From Candidatus Puniceispirillaceae bacterium (GTDB lineage Bacteria > Pseudomonadota > Alphaproteobacteria > Puniceispirillales > Puniceispirillaceae): a DNA stretch of 59,553 nucleotides. A program made the position numbers and the translations under genes. The notes beneath the pieces are model-generated. The model did no database searches. It had not been told where the DNA came from and saw only the letters and a program-made list of their open reading frames with translations. The stretch is from NCBI GenBank assembly GCA_049889955.1, contig JBMHCK010000074.1, forward strand, positions 1-59,553. Reading direction: 5' to 3'. Every line of letters begins with the position of its first letter. The first letter of the stretch is position 1. Of this stretch, positions 20,128 to 30,357 are shown piece after piece.

Positions 20128-20540
20128 ACAGGATGTTCCAGACCTGAAATAGCCGGGCTAGAGGCAAACATCCAACCGGAAAAAACCACCACCCCGGCAT
20201 TATCATCTGTATCAATATAGCCCACATCTTTTATTTGCAGGAAAGCAGCTGTTTCTGGCGGGGCTTCTGGCGGGCGATAGGCACAATGAAAAGCGGTAAT
20301 TTCCAAGGTTCCAAACCGCATAGGCTGGCTTAACCTTGCCTCGGTTGTCGCAATACGAGCGGTGATTTTATCCAAGGTCTGCAGCGTCACGCTGTTACCA
20401 TTTATCCACCCGTCTTGCTGAGGTGGCTCGTTTTGAGCCTGCGCAGCAGGACTAGCCCAAAGGACAACCAATACCAACAGGCAGGCGCCAATCTGAAGCC
20501 CGTGGCGCCAGATAGAATGGCTAGCGTGTGCCATCATCAT
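20094..20540 (-). CDS. DUF2155 family exported protein
   Basis: LDKITAR, FGTLEI, C..RPPE, FSGWMFASSPAISGLEHPVYDV..C; signal peptide; ATG run at 20540-20534. Confidence 0.85.
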   Translation of the reverse strand: MMMAHASHSIWRHGLQIGACLLVLVVLWASPAAQAQNEPPQQDGWINGNSVTLQTLDKITARIATTEARLSQPMRFGTLEITAFHCAYRPPEAPPETAAFLQIKDVGYIDTDDNAGVVVFSGWMFASSPAISGLEHPVYDVTVLACAK

Positions 20541-20976
20541 TGTTCTGGAATACAAATTTGCCCAGCAGATCGGACAGGCTTACCGGATCCCGCGTATCAT
20601 AGATGACCGCGCCTACTTCTAATATCTCGTCTGAGCTACCAGGCAGAATTTCCAGAAAATTCCCACCAAGAAGAGAGGCCGCTGTTATGCGTGCAGAGCT
20701 ATCCTCTGGCAATTTGATAGAATCATCAATTTGCATATTAATGCGCGCTGTATAGGTCACCGGGTCCAGAGATTGCGAGACAATCCGCCCCACCTTGATC
20801 CCCGAAAGCCGGACATCATCGCCAACCACCAGGCCGCCTGTGGTGCCAAAATCTGCACCGATAGCATAGCCATTTGAGGTGTTTAAATCAGCAGCCTGAT
20901 ACAAAAGCCCGGTAAAACCAGCCGCCCCTGCCAAGACGACAAGGCCCATGACAATCTCTAATGTGCTGCGTCGCAT
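20521..20976 (-). CDS. mlaD: MlaD/MCE-domain outer membrane lipid asymmetry protein
   Basis: EIVMGLVV TM; GGLVVGDDVRLSGIKVGRI; SLLGGNFLEILPG. Confidence 0.9.
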   Translation of the reverse strand: MRRSTLEIVMGLVVLAGAAGFTGLLYQAADLNTSNGYAIGADFGTTGGLVVGDDVRLSGIKVGRIVSQSLDPVTYTARINMQIDDSIKLPEDSSARITAASLLGGNFLEILPGSSDEILEVGAVIYDTRDPVSLSDLLGKFVFQNNDDGTR

Positions 20977-21031
20977 TTATGTGCCTCTTCCATGCTAGAA
21001 GTGAGTGGTTTGCTTACCCAAAGGCAGGTGC

Positions 21032-21388
21032 CTAATTAGGTGTCCAGGGTTCATAATCGCCTGTTGCCGGTGCCCGTTTACCGCCTTTCAGGGCATGTCC
21101 CTGCGGACGATAGGCGCGCACCGTACCCGTTAAATTTGGTAAATGCTGTTTTTGCCAGCTTTGTTTTGGATGACCTGCCGCAGGTGGCGGTGTTGCTTCT
21201 GTATAATGCAACCAGCCATGCCAGTCAGAAGGCACTTTTGAAGCTTCAACATTCCCCTTATAGACCACAAAGCGGCGCTGGCGGCCATCGGCACGGGTGC
21301 GGCGGGACTGGTAATAGCGATTACCAAATTCGTCTGTGCCTACAATTTGTGCAGATAGTTTGATAAAAATTTTCGAAAGAAATGTCAT
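21032..21388 (-). CDS. NADH:ubiquinone oxidoreductase subunit NDUFA12 family protein
   Basis: VGTDEFGNRYY, RRFVVY, EASKVPSDWHGWLH, HLPNLTGT, YEPWTP. Confidence 0.92.
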   Translation of the reverse strand: MTFLSKIFIKLSAQIVGTDEFGNRYYQSRRTRADGRQRRFVVYKGNVEASKVPSDWHGWLHYTEATPPPAAGHPKQSWQKQHLPNLTGTVRAYRPQGHALKGGKRAPATGDYEPWTPN

Positions 21389-21719
21389 ATTGCTCTTTTT
21401 TCCTACTCATATGTGCGCCAGTGGCAGCGGGTATCATTATTCCATTTTTTTGATATCTGCTGGCCATTTTCTGGCGACAGGTCTGTTAGCCCTAACCCCC
21501 GTCATTTATAGAACTGACGCGCTGTTTTTTCAAGCATCTTGCAGAGCATCAAAAACACTCTGTGCCGTGCCATGATGGGCTGGCTGCCGCAAGCACGTAA
21601 TTTCTACAATATGCGCTTCGGTTGCCGCTGGCGAATCGTTGGTTCAATGTAAAGGATAGTCAAGCCCCTTGGGGGTAAAAAAAGTGGCTAATTTTTATAA
21701 TTTTCACATTGCACCCACC

Positions 21720-21764
21720 CCCTACATCATGTAGCTTTTACGTTCCAGATCACAAGATGTAGTG
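21720..21764 (+). promoter_or_regulatory. Tandem NrdR boxes upstream of nrdJ
   Basis: CACAAGATGTAGTG (21751-21764) fits the NrdR consensus CaCwAtATaTwGtG. A weaker CCCTACATCATGTA (21720-21733) starts 31 bp upstream, the usual NrdR box spacing. Confidence 0.75.
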
Positions 21765-21838
21765 ATGATCTGATGTAAAGACTTCACCGTAACTAACGGT
21801 TTTTTATTTTTTTTAGACGATTTTATCGAGGGTAAACC

Positions 21839-24800
21839 ATGCAATTTGAGCGCCGATTCACGACACCAGATTCTGATATTTTCGCGCAGCTTCCCTATCG
21901 CAAGGCAAGCAGTGAAATCCGTAACCCAGATGGCACAATAGTGTTTTCTGCTCAGGACATTGAGGTACCGGAGCAATTTAGTCAGGTCGCAACCGATATT
22001 CTGGCACAGAAATATTTCCGCAAGGCAGGCGTTCCGGCGGCGCTGAAAAAAGTGGAAGAAAATGATGTGCCTTCATGGTTGTGGCGTTCAGTACCAGATG
22101 AAAAGGCCCTGGCCAAGCTGGAAGAAGATCAGCGCTATAGCGGCGAGACCTCTGCCAAGCAGGTTTTCAACCGGCTAGCTGGCACCTGGACTTACTGGGC
22201 CTGGAAGGGCGGTTATTTCACCACCGAAGATGATGCCAAAACCTATTATGATGAAATGGTGTTTATGCTATCCATGCAGATGGCAGCGCCAAACTCTCCG
22301 CAGTGGTTTAATACCGGTCTGCATTGGGCCTATGGTATTGATGGCCCAAGCCAGGGGCATTTTTATGTGGATTACCAAACCGGCAAAATGGTGCGCTCCA
22401 AATCTTCTTACGAGCATCCTCAGCCACATGCCTGTTTTATCCAGTCTGTGGATGATGATCTGGTCAATGAGGGAGGGATTATGGATCTGTGGGTCCGCGA
22501 AGCCAGATTGTTCAAATATGGTTCAGGTACCGGGTCAAACTTCTCGCGCTTGCGCGGGTCTGGTGAAAGCCTGTCTGGTGGTGGCAAGTCCTCAGGCCTG
22601 ATGAGCTTTTTGAAAATCGGTGACCGGGCCGCTGGTGCGATTAAATCCGGGGGCACAACCCGCCGGGCCGCAAAGATGGTAACCGTTGATATCGATCACC
22701 CGGATATTGAAGAATATATCGATTGGAAGGTTGTTGAAGAGCAAAAAGTAGCGGCACTGGTTGCTGGCTCCAAACTGGCACAAAAGCATATGTCAGAAGT
22801 GATGAGCGCTTGTGTAAATGCCACTGATTTACAAGAAGAAGCTCGCTACAACCCAAAAGAAAACAAGGCCTTGAAAAAAGCTATTCTGGCGGCGCGCAGG
22901 GCGATGATTCCGGAAAATTATGTCCAGCGTGTTATTCAGTTCGCCCAGCAAGGCTTTACCGAAATTTCCTTTAAAACCTATGATACAGACTGGGATTCAG
23001 AAGCCTATCTGACAGTTGCCGGTCAGAATTCAAATAACTCTGTGCGGGTCACAAATGACTTTTTGAACGCTGTGCTGGAAAATGGGGACTGGGAATTAAT
23101 CCGCCGCACCGATGGCGAGGTTGCCGAGAAAATCAGCGCGGCTAATCTGTGGGAAAAGATTGCACATGCCGCATGGGCCTGTGCCGATCCGGGCCTGCAA
23201 TATGACACCACGATTAACGAGTGGCATACCTGTCCAGCAGGCGGGCGCATTAATGCCTCCAACCCCTGTTCAGAATATATGTTCCTGGATGATACGGCAT
23301 GTAACCTGGCTTCGCTAAACCTGATGCAGTTCCGTCATAGCGATGGTAGCTTTGATATTGATGCGTTTGAACATGCTGTACGGTTATGGACAGTTACGCT
23401 GGAAACATCTGTTCTGATGGCCCAATTCCCATCGCGCGAGATTGCACAAGGCTCTTATGATTACCGCACGCTTGGTCTGGGCTTTGCCAATATTGGCGGG
23501 CTATTGATGGCCGCAGGCTTTTCCTATGACAGTGATGAAGCCCGCGCGCTATGCGGGGCTATCTCTGCGGTGATGACGGGGCGGTCCTATGCCACCTCAG
23601 CCGAGCTGGCAGGTGAAGTTGGCGCCTTCCCGCGCTATGCTGAAAACAGCCAGACAATGCTGCAGGTTATGCGTAACCACCGCCTGGCTGCCTATGGCCA
23701 GTCAGAAGGATATGAAGGGCTGTCGGTTCTGCCAGTTCCGCTGGATCACAAAAACTGCCCGGAAGCCGGTTTGATTGACCGTGCGAAAAAAGCGTGGGAT
23801 GAAGCCCTGGCGCTGGGGGAAAAGCATGGATACCGGAATGCCCAGTCTACCGTGATTGCCCCAACAGGCACTATTGGTCTGGTTATGGATTGTGATACAA
23901 CCGGCATTGAGCCTGACTTTGCGATTGTGAAGTTCAAGAAGCTGGCAGGTGGCGGCTATTTCAAGATCATTAACCGCGTGGTTCCAGAAGCCCTGACTCG
24001 TCTTGGCTATACCGAAAGCCAGATAGAAGATATCTCGCGCTATGCGGTTGGGCATGGCAATCTGGAGAGCTGTCAGGCCATTTCCATGAATGCCCTGAAA
24101 TATAAAGGCTTTACAGACGCTATCCTTGCCCAGCTTGCCGGGTCTTTGGAAAATGCATTTGATATCAAATTTGCCTTTAATCGCTATTCACTAGGCGATG
24201 AGTTCTGCAAGGATACGCTTGGTTTTTCAGATGAACAGCTCAATGATTTCAATTTCAACATGCTTGAAGCCCTGGGCTTTAGCAAAGATGAGATTGAAGC
24301 TGCCAATATCCATGTTTGCGGAGCGATGACGCTGGAAGGGGCACCACATCTGGAAGAGGCACATTTGCCGATTTTTGATTGTGCGAATGTGTGTGGACGT
24401 ATTGGCAAGCGGTTCTTGTCTGTCTCTAGCCATATTACCATGATGGCCGCGGCTCAACCCTTTATTTCCGGGGCGATTTCCAAAACCATCAACATGCCTA
24501 ACAACGCTACTGTTGAAGAATGCGGCGCGGCCTATATGCAAAGCTGGCAGTTAGGCCTGAAGGCAAATGCCCTCTACCGTGACGGCTCCAAGCTTAGCCA
24601 GCCTCTGTCATCAGCGCTTATCGAAGAAGATGAGGATGAGGCAGAAGAGGTGCAAATGTCAGCAGCCCCGCAACTGGTCGAAAAAATCGTTGAGCGGATC
24701 ATCCGTGATAATGATCGCCAGCGCCTGCCAGACAGACGCAAAGGCTATACCCAGAAAGCCAGTGTCGGCGGCCATAAGGTCTATTTGCGTACCGGCGAAT

Positions 24801-25465
24801 ACGAAGATGGCCGGCTAGGGGAAATTTTCATCGATATGCATAAAGAAGGCGCAGCCTTTAGATCGCTGATGAATAATTTTGCCATCGCGGTATCTATCGG
24901 CCTGCAATATGGGGTGCCGCTGGAAGAATATGTCGAGGCCTTTACCTTTACCCGCTTTGAGCCACAAGGGATTGTGACAGGTAATGATGCGATCAAGATG
25001 TCGACCTCTATTCTGGATTATACCTTCCGTGAATTGGCTATCTCCTATCTGGATCGCCATGATTTGGGTCATGTCAGTGCAGATGATCTGGAAATGGATA
25101 CTACCGGTACAGGCGAAGCGCAGTCCGAGCTGATGAACCGAGTAACCAGCCGCGGCTTTATCCGCAAACAGGGTCTGGTGGTATATTCAAATGAAGGGTC
25201 AGCTGCCACACAGGCGGTAGCAAATGAAGCGGTGGCTGAAACCAGCTTGAAGCCAGCGACAACCCCGGAGGTAAGCTTGTCGCAAACCGCCAGTGTCGCC
25301 GAGACCGTCACCCGTCCAGAGACCACAATCGCCCATAAGGTGAAAGAAGCACGGATGCAAGGCTATGAAGGCGAGAGCTGCCCGGAATGTCAGAATTTCA
25401 CGCTGGTACGCAACGGTACCTGCCTGAAATGTAACACATGCGGGTCAACAACAGGCTGTAGCTAA
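21839..25465 (+). CDS. nrdJ: Adenosylcobalamin-dependent class II ribonucleotide reductase
   Basis: [35 protein letters not shown] (catalytic Cys/Glu), [15 protein letters not shown]; C-terminal TSCPD-like domain and CPEC..CLKCNTC Zn ribbon. Confidence 0.97.
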   Translation: MQFERRFTTPDSDIFAQLPYRKASSEIRNPDGTIVFSAQDIEVPEQFSQVATDILAQKYFRKAGVPAALKKVEENDVPSWLWRSVPDEKALAKLEEDQRYSGETSAKQVFNRLAGTWTYWAWKGGYFTTEDDAKTYYDEMVFMLSMQMAAPNSPQWFNTGLHWAYGIDGPSQGHFYVDYQTGKMVRSKSSYEHPQPHACFIQSVDDDLVNEGGIMDLWVREARLFKYGSGTGSNFSRLRGSGESLSGGGKSSGLMSFLKIGDRAAGAIKSGGTTRRAAKMVTVDIDHPDIEEYIDWKVVEEQKVAALVAGSKLAQKHMSEVMSACVNATDLQEEARYNPKENKALKKAILAARRAMIPENYVQRVIQFAQQGFTEISFKTYDTDWDSEAYLTVAGQNSNNSVRVTNDFLNAVLENGDWELIRRTDGEVAEKISAANLWEKIAHAAWACADPGLQYDTTINEWHTCPAGGRINASNPCSEYMFLDDTACNLASLNLMQFRHSDGSFDIDAFEHAVRLWTVTLETSVLMAQFPSREIAQGSYDYRTLGLGFANIGGLLMAAGFSYDSDEARALCGAISAVMTGRSYATSAELAGEVGAFPRYAENSQTMLQVMRNHRLAAYGQSEGYEGLSVLPVPLDHKNCPEAGLIDRAKKAWDEALALGEKHGYRNAQSTVIAPTGTIGLVMDCDTTGIEPDFAIVKFKKLAGGGYFKIINRVVPEALTRLGYTESQIEDISRYAVGHGNLESCQAISMNALKYKGFTDAILAQLAGSLENAFDIKFAFNRYSLGDEFCKDTLGFSDEQLNDFNFNMLEALGFSKDEIEAANIHVCGAMTLEGAPHLEEAHLPIFDCANVCGRIGKRFLSVSSHITMMAAAQPFISGAISKTINMPNNATVEECGAAYMQSWQLGLKANALYRDGSKLSQPLSSALIEEDEDEAEEVQMSAAPQLVEKIVERIIRDNDRQRLPDRRKGYTQKASVGGHKVYLRTGEYEDGRLGEIFIDMHKEGAAFRSLMNNFAIAVSIGLQYGVPLEEYVEAFTFTRFEPQGIVTGNDAIKMSTSILDYTFRELAISYLDRHDLGHVSADDLEMDTTGTGEAQSELMNRVTSRGFIRKQGLVVYSNEGSAATQAVANEAVAETSLKPATTPEVSLSQTASVAETVTRPETTIAHKVKEARMQGYEGESCPECQNFTLVRNGTCLKCNTCGSTTGCS

Positions 25466-25521
25466 GCCCGCAGGCTAGCCTGGCTTGTTCTAGTCAGGCA
25501 TTTAGGCACTATCTATCTCCT

Positions 25522-25555
25522 CCCCCGCAGCAGAAATGTTGCGGGGGTATTTTTT
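25522..25555 (+). terminator. Intrinsic terminator after nrdJ
   Basis: CCCCCGCAGCA-GAAA-TGTTGCGGGGG followed by TATTTTTT. Confidence 0.85.
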
Positions 25556-25680
25556 GCGAGGTAATCTCTTTAGAATTTACCTATTTCATAACTTGATGCT
25601 TGTACATATTGGCTATTGAGTGGCAACATCAACATCGAACAAAATGATCAAATTTGCGACAGCCTGAAGGAGAAAGACAG

Positions 25681-26151
25681 ATGACCGCTTCTGCAGAAAC
25701 CAACCTGAAATCACTAGGAATTACCCTGCCTGACGCGCCGATGCCTGCTGCCAATTATGTACCTTATGTGGTGTCTGGTGATCTTGTCTATGTGTCTGGC
25801 CAGCTGCCCCTGGTGGACGGAAAACTCAGCCTTACCGGCCATGTCGGCAAAGAGGTGACAACCGAACAGGCGGCCGAGCAGGCCCGTATCTGCGCGATTA
25901 ATCTGATCGCCCAGTTAAAAGCAGCCTGTGGCGGCGATTTGGGGCGGGTTGAGCAAGTGGTAAAGCTGGGCGGATTTGTTTCCTGCACAAATGATTTTAC
26001 CGATCAGCCAGAGGTGATAAATGGGGCCTCGAACCTGATGGTTGAGGTTTTTGGTGAGGCTGGCCGACATGCCCGTTTTGCGGTTGGCGCGAACACCCTG
26101 CCGCGTGGGACCTGTGTAGAAGTTGAAGGCCTGTTTCGGATCCGCTTGTAA
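25681..26151 (+). CDS. RidA/YjgF family protein
   Basis: PAANYVP, VSGQLP, INGASNL, FGEAGRHARFAVG, VEVE; SD AAGGAGA before ATG 25681. Confidence 0.9.
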   Translation: MTASAETNLKSLGITLPDAPMPAANYVPYVVSGDLVYVSGQLPLVDGKLSLTGHVGKEVTTEQAAEQARICAINLIAQLKAACGGDLGRVEQVVKLGGFVSCTNDFTDQPEVINGASNLMVEVFGEAGRHARFAVGANTLPRGTCVEVEGLFRIRL

Positions 26152-26257
26152 TCACATCTTCAATACACGCCTTTAAAACCAGGTTTGGCACGAATAAATT
26201 AGATGGTGCTGATGCAGGCCACTTGTCAGCGCCATACCGCCAAGCCATATCACTGAT

Positions 26258-27415
26258 ATGAGCCTTTCTATCGCCGAAGATTTGTATATTGCCCTGCATG
26301 GCACGCTTGCGGATATTCCGGCGGCAGAGTGGGACGCGCTGAACAGTAGCGGCTATCCGTTTGCTTCCTACGCCTTTTTGCATGCGCTAGAGGCTAGCGG
26401 TTCGGTTGGCGGGGATAGTGGCTGGCAGCCTGTTTATATCTGTATTCGGCGCGGCAAGGATGGACCCTTGCTGGGCGCCCTGCCTGCCTATGTTAAATAT
26501 CATTCTTATGGCGAATATGTATTTGACCATAGCTGGGCACATGCCTTTGAGCGGGCTGGCGGGAATTACTATCCAAAATTGCTATGTGGTATTCCTTTCA
26601 CCCCTGTGCCTGGCCCGCGCCTGTTACGCAGAGATGAAGATAGCGCCCTGGACAGTTATTTGATTGCTGCGTTTCAGCAAATCGTCACTACCCATGATCT
26701 GTCTTCTGCTCATATTAATTTCATCACCGAGGCAGATACAAACCCCTTAAAAGAAAAGGGCTGGATGATCCGCAAAGGATTGCAGTTTCATTGGCATAAC
26801 CAGAATTATACAGATTTTGACAGCTTTCTTGCCAACCTGTCTTCACGAAAACGTAAAAATATTCGCAAAGAACGCCAATCCATGCAGGCACAAGGGATAG
26901 CGTTCCATCAGTTGACAGGTGCCGATATTCGGCCCGAACATTGGGATGATTTCTATCGTTTTTACTTGTCGACTATTGATAAGAAATGGGGCGGGGCCTA
27001 TCTGACTCGTGAATTTTTTACCGAAATTGCCGCCAGCCTTGCTGATAAAATATTGCTGGTCATGGCTAGCCAGAATGGCGAGAGGATAGCTGGCGCGCTG
27101 AATTTTATTGGCAAGGATACGCTTTATGGGCGCAATTGGGGATGCGTAACAGAACTGCCAAATCTGCATTTTGAGACCTGTTATTATCAGGCGCTGGATT
27201 TTGCCATTTCGCGGGGTCTGAAAACTGTTGAGGCTGGCGCACAAGGCTTTCACAAGGTCCAGCGTGGCTATCTGCCTGTCTATACCTATTCTGCGCATTG
27301 GCTACCCGATGCTGGATTTTCACACGCTGTTCAACGGTTTTTGCGGCAAGAAAGCGCCGCCATAGAAGAAGAGCGGCAAGCTGTGATGGAAACCAGCCCC
27401 TATCGCCGCGCCTAG
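26258..27415 (+). CDS. DUF482 / FemAB-like GNAT-fold protein
   Basis: KYHSYGEYVFDHSWA, YYPKL..IPFTPVPGPRLL, QFHW.N, RKNIRKER, LYGRNWG, LHFETCYYQ, EAGAQG.HK..RGY.P. Confidence 0.9.
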   Translation: MSLSIAEDLYIALHGTLADIPAAEWDALNSSGYPFASYAFLHALEASGSVGGDSGWQPVYICIRRGKDGPLLGALPAYVKYHSYGEYVFDHSWAHAFERAGGNYYPKLLCGIPFTPVPGPRLLRRDEDSALDSYLIAAFQQIVTTHDLSSAHINFITEADTNPLKEKGWMIRKGLQFHWHNQNYTDFDSFLANLSSRKRKNIRKERQSMQAQGIAFHQLTGADIRPEHWDDFYRFYLSTIDKKWGGAYLTREFFTEIAASLADKILLVMASQNGERIAGALNFIGKDTLYGRNWGCVTELPNLHFETCYYQALDFAISRGLKTVEAGAQGFHKVQRGYLPVYTYSAHWLPDAGFSHAVQRFLRQESAAIEEERQAVMETSPYRRA

Positions 27416-27449
27416 TCTTTATTCACACCTTCCCTAAAGAAGGCTGGGG

Positions 27450-27493
27450 ATATGCCAGAAATATGCCTGAAATATCCCAGAAATCTGCTGGAA
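27450..27493 (+). repeat. Degenerate 11-bp tandem repeat x4 (ATATGCCAGAA) between convergent DUF482 and clpA
   Basis: atatgccagaa atatgcctgaa atatcccagaa atctgctggaa. Confidence 0.75.
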
Positions 27494-27504
27494 AAAACAG
27501 GCAG

Positions 27505-29796
27505 TTAGTTTTTCTGGGTAACAGCGGTCTTTTTTGGCTTTTTAGCTGGTTTGCGCTGCGGGGCTGCAGTGCATTTCAGATGTAATGCGTTTTTAACCAC
27601 CGTTACCTTAACGCTGCCCCCTTGCATCAAATTGCCAAATAACAGCTCATCTGCCAGCGGCTTTTTGATATGCTCCTGAACCAGCCTTGCTAGTGGACGC
27701 GCGCCATAGGTTGCATCATATCCACGAGCTGCCAACCAGCTACGTGCGGCTGCATCCAGCTCAATCTCAACTTCCTTTTCCGTCAATTGCGCTTCAAGCT
27801 GCATGATAAATTTATCTACCACCAGGCTGACTGTTTCAGTTTCCAGAGGCGCAAACGGGATCACTGCATCCAGACGATTTCTAAATTCGGGCGTAAAGGT
27901 TTTTTCGATAGCATCGGTATCGGCATCTGTTTTCTGGCCGCGTCCAAACCCTATCAGCTGCTTGGTCATTTCCGATGCGCCGGCATTGGTGGTCATGATC
28001 AGTACCACATTACGGAAATCCACAGATTTGCCGTTACTATCTGTCAGACGGCCATGATCCATCACCTGAAGCAGAATATTGAACAAATCCGGGTGCGCTT
28101 TTTCAATTTCATCCAGCAACAAAACTGCATGCGGGTTTTGATCAACCGCATCGGTTAGCAAGCCGCCCTGATCAAATCCAACATAGCCCGGAGGCGCGCC
28201 TATCAGGCGGCTAACCGTATGGCGCTCCATATATTCTGACATATCAAAGCGGATCAGCTTAACGCCCATAATCTCGGATAGCTGCTTTGCCGCCTCGGTC
28301 TTGCCAACACCGGTAGGGCCAGAAAATAAATAGCTGCCAATGGGCTTTTCCGGCTCGCGCAAGCCTGCCCGTGACAATTTAATTGCAGATGACAGGGCCG
28401 ACAGGGCTGTATCCTGGCCAAACACCATACGCTTTAGGTCGGTTTCGAGCGTTTGCAGCGCGGTTTTATCATCTGTGCTGACATTCTTTGACGGGATACG
28501 TGCCATCGACGCGATAGTCGCCTCGATTTCTTTGGTGCCAATAACCTGTCGGCGCCGTGAAGGCGGTACCAGATTTTGTGCCGCCGCCGCTTCATCTATC
28601 ACATCAATAGCCTTATCTGGCAATTTGCGATCATTGATATAACGCCCTGCCAATTCTGCGGCTGTTTTCAGGGCCGCATGGGTAAAGCGTACCCCGTGAT
28701 GGACTTCATAACGTGATTTCAGCCCTTGCAGAATCTTTATTGTATCTGGCAGAGAGGGTTCTGGAACATCAATTTTCTGAAAGCGGCGCGCCAGTGCGCG
28801 ATCTTTTTCAAAGTAAGATCGGAACTCTTTATAAGTGGTAGAGCCAATACACCGCAGCCCGCCCGATTGCAGGGCTGGCTTCAACAAATTAGAAGCATCC
28901 ATTGCCCCGCCAGATGTCGCCCCGGCCCCAATGATAGTATGTATCTCGTCAATGAATAAAATCGCGTTGGGATCGCCCTCCACTTTTTTCATCACTGCCT
29001 TTAACCGTTCTTCAAAGTCACCGCGATACCGGGTGCCAGCCAGTAATTGGCCCATATCCAACGCATAAATAACGGCTGTTTTCAGAACATCCGGCACCTC
29101 GCCTTCATGAATCCGCAAAGCCAGACCTTCGGCAATCGCTGTTTTCCCGACACCTGGGTCACCAACATAAAGAGGGTTGTTTTTGGTACGGCGGCATAAC
29201 ACCTGAATGGTGCGATCAACTTCCCGGTCCCGGCCAATTAGCGGATCTATACGCCCTTCTGTGGCTTTTGCATTCAAATTAACCGCATATTCAGCCAGCG
29301 CATCTTCAGCAGCCGCGTTATCCTCGCCTTGCTGACTGGTTTGATCATCTGCCCCGCGTACCGGCTCACCGCTGCCATGGCTGACAAAAGATACCGCATC
29401 CAGACGGCTCATATTCAGCGAGTTCAAAAACCATACAGCATGGCTTTCCCGTTCTGAATACATGGCGATCAGGATATTTGCCCCGGTCGCCGGACCCCGT
29501 CCCGAAGACTGGGTATGAATGATGGCGCGCTGAACAACCCGCTGGAACCCGGAAGTTGGCTGGACTTCCAGATTTTCAGAAGGATTCACGATAGAGGTAA
29601 ATTCATCGTCAATATGCGATTGCAGCATATCGCGTAGCTGTTCTACATCTACCTTGCACCCATGCAAGACACTTAGCGCATCCGCATCTTCGGTCATCGC
29701 CAATAGCAAATGTTCCAACGTGGCAAATTCATGAGAATGATCACCGGCAATAGCCAGAGCCCGGCGCAAGGTATCTTCAAGTTCCTCTGAGAGCAT
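27505..29796 (-). CDS. clpA: ATP-dependent Clp protease ATP-binding subunit ClpA
   Basis: HEFATLEHLLL; two AAA modules (GDPGVGKT, GPTGVGKT); LIGFG ClpP-docking loop; immediately downstream of clpS. Confidence 0.97.
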   Translation of the reverse strand: MLSEELEDTLRRALAIAGDHSHEFATLEHLLLAMTEDADALSVLHGCKVDVEQLRDMLQSHIDDEFTSIVNPSENLEVQPTSGFQRVVQRAIIHTQSSGRGPATGANILIAMYSERESHAVWFLNSLNMSRLDAVSFVSHGSGEPVRGADDQTSQQGEDNAAAEDALAEYAVNLNAKATEGRIDPLIGRDREVDRTIQVLCRRTKNNPLYVGDPGVGKTAIAEGLALRIHEGEVPDVLKTAVIYALDMGQLLAGTRYRGDFEERLKAVMKKVEGDPNAILFIDEIHTIIGAGATSGGAMDASNLLKPALQSGGLRCIGSTTYKEFRSYFEKDRALARRFQKIDVPEPSLPDTIKILQGLKSRYEVHHGVRFTHAALKTAAELAGRYINDRKLPDKAIDVIDEAAAAQNLVPPSRRRQVIGTKEIEATIASMARIPSKNVSTDDKTALQTLETDLKRMVFGQDTALSALSSAIKLSRAGLREPEKPIGSYLFSGPTGVGKTEAAKQLSEIMGVKLIRFDMSEYMERHTVSRLIGAPPGYVGFDQGGLLTDAVDQNPHAVLLLDEIEKAHPDLFNILLQVMDHGRLTDSNGKSVDFRNVVLIMTTNAGASEMTKQLIGFGRGQKTDADTDAIEKTFTPEFRNRLDAVIPFAPLETETVSLVVDKFIMQLEAQLTEKEVEIELDAAARSWLAARGYDATYGARPLARLVQEHIKKPLADELLFGNLMQGGSVKVTVVKNALHLKCTAAPQRKPAKKPKKTAVTQKN

Positions 29797-29800
29797 CTGG

Positions 29801-30124
29801 TTATTCCTTTTCTAATTGCAATTGCAAGGGATGCTCGTTTTGACGGGCAAACGACATCACCTGACTGGCCTTTGCTTCGGCCACTTCATAGGTATATACA
29901 CCACAAATCCCGACGCCGCGCTGATGTACATGCAACATAATTTGCTGGGCGGCTTCGTAATTATGGCCAAAAAACCGTTGCAGAACATGAACGACAAATT
30001 CCATCGGCGTGTAATCATCATTTAGCATGATAACCCGGTAGAGAGATGGCTTCTTGGTCTTTGGCTCTTTTTCAAGAAGCATCTGACCATCTTTGTCATT
30101 ATCGAATTCGTCTTTTTTGCTCAT
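29801..30124 (-). CDS. clpS: ClpA adaptor ClpS
   Basis: [36 protein letters not shown]. Confidence 0.97.
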   Translation of the reverse strand: MSKKDEFDNDKDGQMLLEKEPKTKKPSLYRVIMLNDDYTPMEFVVHVLQRFFGHNYEAAQQIMLHVHQRGVGICGVYTYEVAEAKASQVMSFARQNEHPLQLQLEKE

Positions 30125-30174
30125 CGGTTAAAACACCTGCTCGTTTTGAGCGTAAACATCCTGTAACAGTATCA

Positions 30175-30203
30175 ATATTGGCATTTAATTTGAATATCCC
30201 AAG
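30175..30203 (-). promoter_or_regulatory. Possible RpoH-type promoter for clpSA
   Basis: Minus strand reads CTTGGG-N16-CCAATAT, resembling alphaproteobacterial RpoH promoters (CTTG..-N~16-CCTATAT). Confidence 0.3.
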
Positions 30204-30357
30204 TGCCAAAGAACAAAAAAATGATGAAAAACGAACTTTTTTCTTTCATCACCCAGCGGGAATTGGTGCAGGTCCCTTTTTTATGAGGTTGGTCACACTT
30301 ATTAAATATAGTAAGTTTGTCGCAATAGAACATAGCGAAGTGTGGAATAATAAGGTG

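Noticed and set aside
21389-21838. Cobalamin riboswitch in the 450-bp spacer before nrdJ
   Set aside because: No B12-box or core riboswitch motifs recognised; the NrdR boxes explain the regulation better.
21839-25465. Intein or intron in the long NrdJ
   Set aside because: No splice-junction or LAGLIDADG motifs seen; the length is consistent with fused alphaproteobacterial NrdJ.
27450-27493. Short repeats as a CRISPR array or iterons
   Set aside because: Units are 11 bp, have no spacers, and there are no cas or rep genes.
30046-30357. N-terminal 104-aa extension of the carboxypeptidase ORF
   Set aside because: Overlaps clpS and the AT-rich divergent promoter region; a downstream start is more plausible.
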